From positions 189,207 to 253,206 of the forward strand of contig CAWINE010000005.1 of NCBI GenBank assembly GCA_963837315.1: a stretch of DNA of 64,000 bases, written 5' to 3'. This document shows positions 11,406 to 20,781 of the stretch, in pieces. The notes below the pieces were generated by a model, which was not told where the DNA came from, did no database searches, and saw only the letters and a list, made by a program, of their open reading frames with translations. The position numbers were made by a program, and so were the translations under genes. The stretch's first letter is position 1, and each line of letters starts with the position of its first letter. Source of the stretch: an uncultured Chloroflexia bacterium. Lineage in GTDB: Bacteria > Chloroflexota > Chloroflexia > QHBQ01 > JADMIH01.

Positions 11406-13430
11406 ATGGACTTGACAATCATTCTCAACTTCTTCAGAGACCTTGTCATCTGGATCGTAATCGGGGTAATAGCATACTTCATGCTATTCCAATGGCTTCG
11501 GCTGCTGGTTGGAAGGACGCTCTTCGAAGCAGACAATATTGTGCTCCGTATCGTGCGCGTGCCCCTGATTGCTGCCATTATTGCTTATGGCTTCGTGAGC
11601 GCCTTCGGTGAGCTACATTTGTCTGAGCCATACGGCTCGCTTATCACTAACGTCTATGTTGTAACCCTGATAGGTGCGACCGTATATCTTGTCTGGCGCA
11701 TCATCAAGGAAGTCATCCTGCGCTGGCTCGGCAACCATGCTGCGGAGACCGACACACGCGTAGACGACCTGGTGATTCCCCTGCTCGGCACCGTGGGACC
11801 GCTCATAGCCTTCCTGACGGGGCTAATCGCTATTTTGCAGTATCTTGGTGTCAATGTCACCGTGCTCGCCACGTCTATCGGCATCATCGGCCTGATCATC
11901 GGCCTGGCCTTTCAGGATCTGCTCTCGAACCTTTTCAGCGGCATCTACTTGATGATCGACCCAGCTTTCATCGAGTACGATCTCATCAGAATAGACGATA
12001 ACAAGGTTTATTCGGTAGAAAAAGTTGGGCTGCGAATGACGCGGCTCTACGATATGGATTCTCACGCGTCCATATTCGTCCCCAACAGCAATCTGACCAA
12101 AACACGGATTGCAAACATCACCAAGCCGACCATCGATATGAAGGCCAGGATGAGCGTGACCGTGCCCGCCACAACCGACCCGGATCTGGCCACAGCGCTT
12201 ATCCGTGACGTGGTGGCATCGCATCGCAATACTCTCGACGCCAACGGCGACCAGGTCCGGGTAATCCACAAGCGGCTGGCAAAGATAGTGCCACAGGATA
12301 GCGAGCGCACTGCCACCCTGTTCGCGACCATGGCCCAGTTGGAAAACTGGCTGAGCAGTGACGCAGGCAACGACGCCGCCCATGCAAACCTCCACGCTGT
12401 GCGCCGGGAGATGACCGGACGCCTATCCGAAGCGCAGGAGGCCTTACGAACGTTGCCACACAATCGAATCCCGCACGGCGACCTGGAGAAATTGCGCGAG
12501 GCGCTCACCGCGGGCGATGCGGGGCCCGAGATGGAGGAGATAGACCAGAAGCGGATGGCCCGCATCTACAAAGCTTTCGCGGTGGTGAAAAGCCGTTTCA
12601 GCCCCGAGGAAATCGCCCCGTTCGAGACAGCCCTGAACAGGCTGGACGAGCTTGACCGCCAGGAAAACGAGCTTGAAACTGCCATAGATCAGAACGAGCA
12701 GGTGCGCGAGAACGAGCTGGATCGTCTCATGTCCACTTTGGTCTGGACGGGCGATTGGGTTGCTGAGGAGCTACTTTCGAGGGGCCAAACCAAAGAGGGC
12801 GCGCGGGTCTCCTTGTGGGTCCGCAATATTGCCGTTTTTTACTCGTATTCGGAGGTTGAAGAATCCCTCAATGGCCTTGACCGCGAGCTAGGCGGCCTGA
12901 TCACCTGGCTTCAATCGATTGAAGCAGGCGGCCTGAGCAAAGTCGAGCGCGCCCGCGTGCGCACCCTTTTCGGCGCGTGGGGTGGTCTGAGGCAGATGGA
13001 GAAGCGGCGGGTGAGCGAGCTGCGCCGCCGTATTCTTCGCTGGGTCGAATGGAAGGAGAAGGCAGCGCTGGACGCGGGTGAATATAGCAGGCTGGTGGCT
13101 TCCTGGGAGCGCAAGCTGCGCACCCTATCGCGCAAGCTGCCCAACGCCGGCCTCAGCGACGAAGAGGCCCTCGATAGCTCTCTCGTTGCGACCCGGAGGT
13201 GGATACACACCGTCAACTTCATCGAGCAGCTCGACGAGTGGAAATTGCCCACCGTCGATCTCAAAGGGTTCGATGAAGCCAAGCTCAATTACACGGTCAC
13301 TTTCTACATAGACGATATCAAAGAACAACACTTCGAGCGCGAGGGCTTCGTCAGAAGCGACATCCTCACCGACTTGCACGAGACATGCGTGCGTGAAGGC
13401 ATACCCAGCCCGGTAGCGCAGGACATCTAG
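11406..13430 (+). CDS. MscS-family mechanosensitive channel with a long coiled-coil C-terminal extension
   Basis: 'LATSIGIIGLIIGLAFQDLLSNLFSGIYLMIDPAF' and 'VGLRMTRLYDMDSHASIFVPNSNL' are the MscS core. About 330 further residues are Glu/Arg/Leu-rich. Confidence 0.8.
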   Translation: MDLTIILNFFRDLVIWIVIGVIAYFMLFQWLRLLVGRTLFEADNIVLRIVRVPLIAAIIAYGFVSAFGELHLSEPYGSLITNVYVVTLIGATVYLVWRIIKEVILRWLGNHAAETDTRVDDLVIPLLGTVGPLIAFLTGLIAILQYLGVNVTVLATSIGIIGLIIGLAFQDLLSNLFSGIYLMIDPAFIEYDLIRIDDNKVYSVEKVGLRMTRLYDMDSHASIFVPNSNLTKTRIANITKPTIDMKARMSVTVPATTDPDLATALIRDVVASHRNTLDANGDQVRVIHKRLAKIVPQDSERTATLFATMAQLENWLSSDAGNDAAHANLHAVRREMTGRLSEAQEALRTLPHNRIPHGDLEKLREALTAGDAGPEMEEIDQKRMARIYKAFAVVKSRFSPEEIAPFETALNRLDELDRQENELETAIDQNEQVRENELDRLMSTLVWTGDWVAEELLSRGQTKEGARVSLWVRNIAVFYSYSEVEESLNGLDRELGGLITWLQSIEAGGLSKVERARVRTLFGAWGGLRQMEKRRVSELRRRILRWVEWKEKAALDAGEYSRLVASWERKLRTLSRKLPNAGLSDEEALDSSLVATRRWIHTVNFIEQLDEWKLPTVDLKGFDEAKLNYTVTFYIDDIKEQHFEREGFVRSDILTDLHETCVREGIPSPVAQDI

Positions 13431-13537
13431 GACGAATTACGAATTACGAATTACGAATTACGAATTGCAGATTATCCTTTCCAGTATATAATTGACCCAG
13501 ACCCGATAATTCGTAATTCGTAATTGCTGGAGTCGCT

Positions 13538-13861
13538 ATGGACGTGCTGACGAGGAACTGGCTGAGAATCCTGATATGGGCGGTGGTTCTGGGCGTGATC
13601 GCTACCTTCATCGCTGATTGGGGTGAGTGGGACCGCTTTCTGCTCAACTTGCTCTGGCGGATATTGATAACGGCCGCGGGGGGCGTGGTCGGGTTGCTGC
13701 TGAATTTTTTCGCGGGCAACTATGTAGGCATGGGCACCAACGTTATCGAGAGCATGGGTATTGTCAAGTTCAGCAACGACACACAGAGGAAGATAGAAAA
13801 CTCCTTCATCTTTGTCGGCGCGCTGGTTGCCGCCATTGCGGCGGCGATTTTTATTCGCTAG
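13538..13861 (+). CDS. hypothetical small membrane protein
   Basis: 107 aa with 3 predicted TM helices. Confidence 0.35.
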   Translation: MDVLTRNWLRILIWAVVLGVIATFIADWGEWDRFLLNLLWRILITAAGGVVGLLLNFFAGNYVGMGTNVIESMGIVKFSNDTQRKIENSFIFVGALVAAIAAAIFIR

Positions 13862-13877
13862 TGTAGAATCAGGACAC

Positions 13878-14100
13878 CTGATAGGGAAAGAGGGGTGTAG
13901 CGGTGCTCCCCTGGCGGGGGTTTGGGGGTGTCGCCACATCTCTCGATACTCTAAGTTGGGAACGGGTGCAGGGGCTCCCTGCCGGGGCTGGGGGTGTCCC
14001 CCATAAGTCTCCACTCCCTAAGTTGGAAGGGGGTGCAGGGGAGCGCCCCTGCAGGGGGTTTGGGGGTGTCCCCCAAATCTCTCTATTCCCTGACAGGTGG
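13878..14100. repeat. three tandem copies of a GC-rich double-hairpin REP-like element of about 70 bp
   Basis: The unit is 'gtgcaggggNNNcccctgc(c/a)ggggNtttgggggtgtcccccaNatctc...', containing two palindromes (ctgcagggg/cccctgcag and ttgggggtgtcccccaa). The same family occurs inverted at 23395..23460 and 25795..25920. Confidence 0.7.
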
Positions 14101-14149
14101 GCTGAACCAGTACCAGTGCCGGCTCAGAGGGCCGACAACCATCACCACA

Positions 14150-14680
14150 ATGCCAGACGAGCAGATACAAATCTATACTATCGGCCACAGCAACTCTGCG
14201 TCGAGCGACTTCCTGGATCTTTTGCACAAGAACGGCGTGCAGATGGTTGTGGACGTGCGCAGCGCTCCTTACAGTCAGTACGCACCTCAGTACAACAGAG
14301 AGCCCATTGCGGCGCTACTGTCTGAGGCCGAGATCGGCTACGTTTACGCGGGTGAATACCTGGGCGGCAGGCCGCAAGACCCTACTTGCTACAAGCATGG
14401 CAAGGTGCCTACAGGCAAAGTGGACTATCTCAAGCTGGTAGATTATGCAGAGGTAGCGCGGCGGCCCTGGTATCTCAAAGGGATAGAACGGCTGATACAG
14501 ATCGCCTCCGAGCGCTCCACAGCCGTTATGTGCAGTGAGGAAGACCCCCACCACTGCCACCGCTACTATCTCATCACCCCAACTCTGGAGGCGCGCGGCC
14601 TGACCGTCACCCACCTGCGCCTCAAAGAAGAGGCCTCGACACCCGACCCCGGCCAGCCGCAACAGCTGAGCATGTTCTAG
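14150..14680 (+). CDS. DUF488-family protein (paralog 1)
   Basis: 'IYTIGHSNSASSDFLDLLHKNGVQMVVDVRSAPYSQYAPQY' matches DUF488. The ORF-track start at 13994 reads through the REP-like repeats and is probably spurious. Confidence 0.7.
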   Translation: MPDEQIQIYTIGHSNSASSDFLDLLHKNGVQMVVDVRSAPYSQYAPQYNREPIAALLSEAEIGYVYAGEYLGGRPQDPTCYKHGKVPTGKVDYLKLVDYAEVARRPWYLKGIERLIQIASERSTAVMCSEEDPHHCHRYYLITPTLEARGLTVTHLRLKEEASTPDPGQPQQLSMF

Positions 14681-14783
14681 CTTTGTGTGAGAAATTCGTC
14701 GTTGGGAAACGATGCGGCGTGCCCAGCTACACGCCGCCAACCCAATATTGTTACCGTAATAGGCACTGAGCACGGAGCAAGTT

Positions 14784-15224
14784 ATGCAGCTCTTTACTAT
14801 CGGGTTCACGAAGAAATCGGCAGAACGATTCTTCAGCTTGTTGCGCGACAACGAGGTGCAGAGGCTGGTGGACATCCGGCTGCGCCCGGGCGGACAGCTT
14901 GCGGGCTTCGCGAAGAGCGATGACCTGGCATATTTCCTGAGAGAGCTCGCGAACTGTGCCTACACGTATCTACCGGAGTTGGCGCCCAGCGAAGAGATAC
15001 GCTCAGCCTACCGCAAAGACCACAAATGGCCTATATACGCGCAGCGCTTCGAGGCCTTGATGGACGAGAGGCGCATTCCATTGGCCCTCGACCGTGCCCT
15101 CTTCGAGCAAGAGCGATGCTGTCTTCTCTGTAGCGAAGCCACGCCGCAGCAATGTCACCGCCGACTGGTAGCCGAGCGGTTGGCCCGGGATTGGGGAGAT
15201 GTGGACATTGTACATCTTGTGTGA
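14784..15224 (+). CDS. DUF488-family protein (paralog 2)
   Basis: 'LFTIGFTKKSAERFFSLLRDNEVQRLVDIRLRPGGQLAGF' is the same family as the upstream gene. Confidence 0.7.
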   Translation: MQLFTIGFTKKSAERFFSLLRDNEVQRLVDIRLRPGGQLAGFAKSDDLAYFLRELANCAYTYLPELAPSEEIRSAYRKDHKWPIYAQRFEALMDERRIPLALDRALFEQERCCLLCSEATPQQCHRRLVAERLARDWGDVDIVHLV

Positions 15225-15227
15225 GGA

Positions 15228-16008
15228 ATGATGCTCGCGCCTGTAACCATAACGGATCTAACCCGAATGCAAGGCGACCACATCTGCGTGGCCGGCTACC
15301 TGCGCGATGGGACTTGCGTCCGACCACTCTTCCAGTGGAAACGGCTCACCGAAGACTGGGTATGGTTCAAGGATAGGGTCGTGATCCGCCCCTTTGCTGA
15401 GGTTGAGCTTGAGCTACTCGAACACAACCCGGATCCGCCCCACTCCGAGGATTGGTGGGTAAATCCCACTTATTACCGCTTACTACGTCTTCTCAAGCCC
15501 GACAAGCAAATCGCTCTGTTGGACAAGATAGAAGACAAAACGGTGGATAGCATTTTCGGCGCGCCTATACAGGCATGAAAACGGCTGGTTCATCGCGGCA
15601 GGCCAGGGTACCCGCTCGCTCGGCACGGTGAAGGCAAACGTTGAGAGAGTAGCGTTCGCAGCGCACCCGGATGGCCGCTGGGACTACAGGATCACCTTTA
15701 CCGATAGCACGGGCACCCAATACAGGCTGGCCGTCACCGATCTGGCGTTTCGATGCTACCTGGACCACACGCGCACGCAGCAAAATATACCGCCTGACAA
15801 TGCGGCGAAAGACCTTACAGAGTTATTTCAATCAGCAACAGTATATCTGCGGATAGGCCTGGCCCGTGGCTGGGAGAAATACCCCGACCGCTGCCACCTA
15901 CAGATCACGGGGGTCTACTCCTACCCCGATTACCTCGAAGGCAAGTGCTTCGCCGATTTCAAGCCGAGGGATAAGAGCGCTGTGACGGACATAGAAGTTC
16001 CGTTCTGA
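15228..16008 (+). CDS. hypothetical protein with an apparent frameshift near 15578
   Basis: ORFs 15228..15578 and 15628..16008 are contiguous, and the second frame is open back to about 15562. Confidence 0.35.
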
Positions 16009-16014
16009 TCCCTA

Positions 16015-16572
16015 CTACAGCGCCTCTGCGCGCTCCCCTTCGTCCAGGGAAAGCCCCACCAACGGCAGCACCTCGCGCAGGTCGGTGATATCGGTGCCGA
16101 ACCGGGAAAATCCGGCACCTAAAGCGGCGTACTGCCCGCGATAAATGTGGTAAGGGTCGTCATCTACGAGCATGGCGTCGCCAGGCTCGATATTATGGCT
16201 GTCCGCACGGGCTTGAGCCAGCATCTTTAGCAGCATTCTGTCCTTGCCGGTGTGCCACTCAGCCACGATGTAATCGACCAGGGGCAGAATCGCGAACGCA
16301 TCGAGGATGCGCCGCACATTCCCTTCGTGGTTGTAGCTAATCACTCCAACCAGTATCCCATGAGCACGCAGGGTTTCCATCACGCCACGCGCTTCGGGAC
16401 GGAGGGCAAAGAGCGGCCCATCGTCGCGCTGCGCGATAAGTGGGTCTTGCGGTGAAGCCTTGAACGTGTAGCGGGGCCACCCGACCGCGTCCGTAGGGGT
16501 GCGGTCGGAGAGATTTACGACGTTCAAGGGCGTCCAGAGAGTATCGTCGCCGTCAAATGCTACGAGCTTCAT
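16015..16572 (-). CDS. HAD-superfamily phosphatase (MDP-1-like)
   Basis: 'MKLVAFDGDDTLW' is HAD motif I. 'MLVDDD' is present later. Confidence 0.65.
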   Translation of the reverse strand: MKLVAFDGDDTLWTPLNVVNLSDRTPTDAVGWPRYTFKASPQDPLIAQRDDGPLFALRPEARGVMETLRAHGILVGVISYNHEGNVRRILDAFAILPLVDYIVAEWHTGKDRMLLKMLAQARADSHNIEPGDAMLVDDDPYHIYRGQYAALGAGFSRFGTDITDLREVLPLVGLSLDEGERAEAL

Positions 16573-16704
16573 AGGTATTATCGAAGCGAGGGGTTGCAGG
16601 GTGCTCGCAACCTCGTTGGCTTCGTTTATTTTTGCTGCTGGTGAATGCCCACAGATCCCTGACAACCGTTTGGAAAGTAAGGGCAGAGTGGGTCGGGGCG
16701 GGGT

Positions 16705-16998
16705 TTACCTGTACCTGAAGGTGATGCGTCCTTTGGTCAGGTCGTAAGGGGAGAGCTCGACGAGTACGCGGTCGCCGGGCACTATCCTGATATAGTTGGT
16801 GCGCATCTTGCCCGAAATGTGGCCCAGGATCTTGATGCCATTTTCAAGCTCGACATTGAACAGGGCGTTGGGAAGCGCGTCAAGGATTGTACCATCCATG
16901 GTGATCACGTCGTCGCGGGTGCGCCTGGGGCCGGCGGGGGCCGTGGTTGTCGCGCGATTGGTTTGCGGTTTCTTTGGGTAAAATGTTTTCTTCTTCAT
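16705..16998 (-). CDS. infA: translation initiation factor IF-1 with an N-terminal basic extension
   Basis: '[55 protein letters not shown]' is the IF-1 S1-like core. Confidence 0.9.
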   Translation of the reverse strand: MKKKTFYPKKPQTNRATTTAPAGPRRTRDDVITMDGTILDALPNALFNVELENGIKILGHISGKMRTNYIRIVPGDRVLVELSPYDLTKGRITFRYR

Positions 16999-17269
16999 GC
17001 GGTAAGCGTTATCCTCTTTTGATTCTTACAATAAAATAGCCGAGGCAGCATCCTCGGCCCCGGCTGACACCCTTAGCGAGCGACCCATTTTACGGGCGCA
17101 CTCCACATAAATAGTATCTTGAGATTATGAGAGGGAACCATAAGCTCTCTACTCTAGCTCATGCACGGGGCGAAATCACAATGCTACACGTAAAGTATAC
17201 ACCTTGCACGCATAAAATACAATACGGCGGATGATGTAGCAGGGTCTATGCAAAGTCAGTGCCTGGCGT

Positions 17270-17600
17270 GCACTCTTGCCTTTGTCATTCTGATGCGAAG
17301 CGAATAATCTCGTCGTTATAGATGATCTTGGCTTTGCACAATCCCAAGAGTATACGAGAGGGACGAGATTATTCACTTCGCTCAGTGCAATACCAAGTAA
17401 ATTGTTGGAGGAAAGAGTGCCAAGTAAGCTTTGTCATTCCGAGTGTAGCGAGGAATCACTATGGGCAGTAATATGCCTGGATCCAACCACCACCTCCCCC
17501 ACAGTGATTCCTCACTTCGTTCGGAATGACAAAAGAGAGGACGCGCTCTTATCTCCAATAATTTAGTTGGCACAGCACTCAGAATGACAAGGCGTAGTTG
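17270..17600. repeat. nested inverted-repeat (MITE-like) structure in the infA / LmbE divergent intergenic region
   Basis: The motif TTGTCATTC(C/T)GAG occurs 3 times forward (17280, 17430) and 2 times reverse (17527, 17583). Hairpin A spans 17280..17390 and hairpin B 17425..17540, each with an imperfect stem of about 30 bp. A third 13-bp hairpin lies at 17628..17680. Confidence 0.6.
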
Positions 17601-17743
17601 GGTGCCCCTTCCATGGTTCTTTCTCGACTTTGCGTCAGCCCTGATGCCTTCGCACTACGCACTATGACATCAGGGCTGACGCACTTGAAAATAGTTGCTA
17701 AACTGGTTATGTTACGCACTATGCACTACTAAAGGGGGTAAAC

Positions 17744-18463
17744 GTGACTGACAATGATTCGGGCAGGTTGTCCGCGTTCGAGGGGGTCGAGCGGGCTATA
17801 GTTGTGTGCGCACATGCCGACGATATGGAAACCATGATGGGGGGCACCGCCTGGCTCCTGCATGTAAAGGGCGTCCGGTTATACGAGCTGATATGCACCT
17901 CCGGCGACCTGGGCACGCACGATCCGGCTTATACGCGAGAAAGCCTGGCCGCCACTCGGGCCAAAGAAGCGCGGGATGGAGGGGCTGTGCTCGGTTTCGA
18001 TGAGGTAGTATCGCTGGAGTACCATGACGGCGAGCTTGAGCCGTCGCTGGAGCTTCGCGCAATAATAGCGCATTACTATCGCAGGTGGCAGCCCGATGCC
18101 CTCTTCACCTTCGACCCTTCGTGGGCAGGGCAGATTCACGCCGATCACCGCGCTTCGGGCCGTGCGGCGGTGGACGCGCTTATGCCGTCGCGCATGGAGC
18201 TGTACCACCCCGAGCAGTTGGCCGATAGCCAGGTAGGCAAGGTGAGCAAGGTGTTCCTGTTTGGCCCCGCTGCGGCCACCATCCAGGTAGATATCACCGA
18301 TATCTACGATAAGAAGTTGGAAGCCGGCATGGCGCACAAGAGCCAGTTCCCTGATGGAGAAAAGAACCTCGACTGGATGCGCGCTCTCGATGGGCAGGCC
18401 GCCGCCGAAGCTGGGCTCGCAGGGCGACTGGCCGAGCGCTTCGCGGAAATAAGGCTCTGGTGA
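17744..18463 (+). CDS. PIG-L/LmbE-family N-acetylglucosaminyl deacetylase (MshB/BshB-like)
   Basis: 'AIVVCAHADDMETMMGGT' and 'HADHRASGRA' match the LmbE family. Start codon is GTG. Confidence 0.8.
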   Translation: MTDNDSGRLSAFEGVERAIVVCAHADDMETMMGGTAWLLHVKGVRLYELICTSGDLGTHDPAYTRESLAATRAKEARDGGAVLGFDEVVSLEYHDGELEPSLELRAIIAHYYRRWQPDALFTFDPSWAGQIHADHRASGRAAVDALMPSRMELYHPEQLADSQVGKVSKVFLFGPAAATIQVDITDIYDKKLEAGMAHKSQFPDGEKNLDWMRALDGQAAAEAGLAGRLAERFAEIRLW

Positions 18464-19525
18464 GTGTGGAGAGTGGTGTGCGCAAAGTTGTAGACCGGCT
18501 CTGGGGTGAGATCGAGTTCGGACACCCGGCGCTTGAGGAGCTAGCCGAGTCGGAGCCTGTACAGAGACTGCGTGGAATTGCCCTGGCCGGGGCGAGCCAA
18601 TATCTCTTTCCGGACCGGCGGCCAATAACGCGCTACGAGCACAGCCTGGGCGTAATGCACATTCTAAGCATGCTCGGGGCCGGCCTTGAAGAGCAAGTGG
18701 CGGGATTACTCCACGACATTCCGCACACCGCCTTTTCGCATACCGTAGATATCGTCTTTCCGAACAACGAATATAACTACCACGAGCGATTCCAGCGCGA
18801 AATCGTTATGAGCTCCACAATACCGGACATCCTTGCCCGGCATGGCATTGACCAGAAAGCAGCGCTCGAACCCGATAGCTTTCCGCTTCTGGAAAAGCCT
18901 CTCCCCAATATATGCGCCGACCGCATCGACTATGCCCTGCGCGACCTGCGTCGCGCGGACATGGTGACCGCTGAAGAGGCTGCCGGATTTCTGGAGCGTT
19001 TTGTTCCGGCACCCGATGGTCTACTGGTAGCAGACATAGAGACAGCACTCAGGTTCAGCCGACTCTTCCTGGAAGCAAACGACAGAATTCTGGACCGGAC
19101 CGGTAGAGGCAGGCGCTTATTGGGCGCTCGCCGGGGCGATAAGGCGCGCATATACGACCGGTGATTTCAGCGACAGAGACCTCTTCTCCACCGATGAAGA
19201 GGCCATGCGAAAGCTTCGCTCCCTCGACGACAGGCTCGTCCAGGCGTATCTTGTGCTCCTAGAACCAGGCACCATCTTCTACGAGGCAAAAACAGCCGGG
19301 CCATCCTTCACCACCCATATGAAGCAACGTGTCATAGACCCACTGGTAAAAGAGCCTGCCTGGGACCAGGCACTCAGGCTCTCACAAATATCGGACGAAT
19401 ACGCACAACAGCTACGGAGCAGAGGTAACGGCCGGAGCACAGAATATCGCCTCTGGTCGTCGCGCATCACAAGCGATATCGAGAGGTTGCTTGAGGGCGA
19501 TCTGGACGTAAAACGTGAAACGTAA
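18460..19525 (+). CDS. HD-domain phosphohydrolase with an apparent frameshift near 19105
   Basis: 'RYEHSLGV...AGLLHDIPHTAFSH' is the HD motif. The C-terminus continues in the frame of ORF 19205..19525 ('YWALAGAIRRAYTTGDFSDRDLFSTDEEAMRKL'). It overlaps the LmbE gene by 4 nt. Confidence 0.7.
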
Positions 19526-19790
19526 AACGTGAAACGTAACCGCCAAGACGCCAAGATCCGCCAAGGTCCGCCAAGGTTTTTATTGTTTAAGACCAAAAGA
19601 ATCCTCTGTGAGTCTCTGTGATTCAAACCCATAATACCCTTCGTGCTCTTCGTGCTCTTCGTGCTCTTCGTGTTTAAAACCCATAAAACCTTTGTGATCT
19701 TTGTGCCTTTGTGGTTCAAACCGTAGAATCCCTGGCGGATATTGGCGGATCTTAGCGGTGAAACAAAAAGATCGTCTATCAGTGGTGGTG
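19497..19790. repeat. composite STR element (exemplar): ACGTRAA x4, CGCCAAG x4, CTCTGTG x2, CTTCGTGCT x4, CTTTGTG x3 and TTGGCGGAT x3 arrays separated by conserved linkers
   Basis: Read directly from the sequence. The same module order recurs at 35215..35470, 47630..47880, 30016..30190, 28998..29085, 33655..33790 and 38560..38660 (inverted), with partial copies at 10585..10765 and 32690..32880. Confidence 0.8.
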
Positions 19791-19799
19791 AGATGAAGA

Positions 19800-20694
19800 A
19801 TGGAGAAGCAAGCAATGGCCTCTAACGAGCGTCGCGGCCTCGTGTACGCTGCGCTGGCTGCGGCTTTCTTTTCCACGAGCCCGGTGTTCATCGTATGGGC
19901 CGACCCGATGCCCTCGCTCATAAAGACGGTGCTTCGACTGGCCATAGCAGCGGTGGCTATATGGGGCCTTTCACGTTTTCAACCTGCCCGGGAGGCGGTC
20001 GGTGAGGAGCGCCCTGCCGGTGTCAGCGCCTTGCGCTTCGCTGCCTACGGGCTTGTCACAGCGCTCCATTTCCTCTTCTATGTTGCATCGCTCGATTACA
20101 CGACCGCCGCGCATGCCCTGGCAATCGTTTATACAGCCCCGATCTTCGTTACCCTTCTTTCGGGGACCATTCTCAAAGAGTCGATCACGCGCCATCAGTG
20201 GCTGGGGGTGGCTGTGACAGTGGTTGGTATCGCTATCCTTGCCGGGTTGGAGCCGGCCATGACTGCGCGCATGGCGTTCGGGGATTTCCTTGCACTCCTA
20301 TCTGCAATCACCTACGCTCTCTATTCGTTGGCCGGGCGTTACGAGCGCGAGCGTTATTCATTGTTCTCCTATGCGTCGCGCGTGTACGGTGTGGGCGCAC
20401 TCTGGCTGCTGCCTGCCGCCCTCTTTATTTTCCCTTCCGCTCCGGCCGGCTCATGGGGTTGGCAGCAGATCGCCTCTGTGGTGGCCCTCGGCCTTGGCCC
20501 GCACGCACTCGGGCACACCCTTTACACTGCATCGCTCAGGCGCGCCCACGCTACGTATGTCAACATAATTGCGTCGCAGGAAGTGACAGGCGGGATATTA
20601 CTGGCCTTCCTCTATCCCGGGGCAGGTGCCATCGCTCAATGCCTTGCTGGGCGCCGGCGTCACGCTTGCAGGTATTGTGTTGGTGTTGAAATGA
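19800..20694 (+). CDS. EamA/DMT-family transporter with an apparent frameshift near 20615
   Basis: The protein has 10 TM segments. The C-terminus 'PSLNALLGAGVTLAGIVLVLK' is in an alternative frame. Confidence 0.65.
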
Positions 20695-20781
20695 GTTCCC
20701 CATTCTTTGACTAGCATGGGCCTATAATATATAATCAAGTGCATAGTTAAAGAGGTTCCCGGTAACTCGGCTTAGCGAGAT

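Noticed and set aside
13994-14149. N-terminal 52 codons of the listed 13994..14680 ORF
   Set aside because: It reads through the GC-rich REP-like repeats. The DUF488 homology begins at the internal Met (14150).
17150-17740. RNase P RNA, tmRNA, SRP or 6S RNA in the structured intergenic region
   Set aside because: No conserved signature strings of those RNAs (GGAAAGTCCGG, tmRNA tag ORF or tRNA-like end, SRP GGAA tetraloop motif) were seen. It is recorded as a nested inverted repeat instead.
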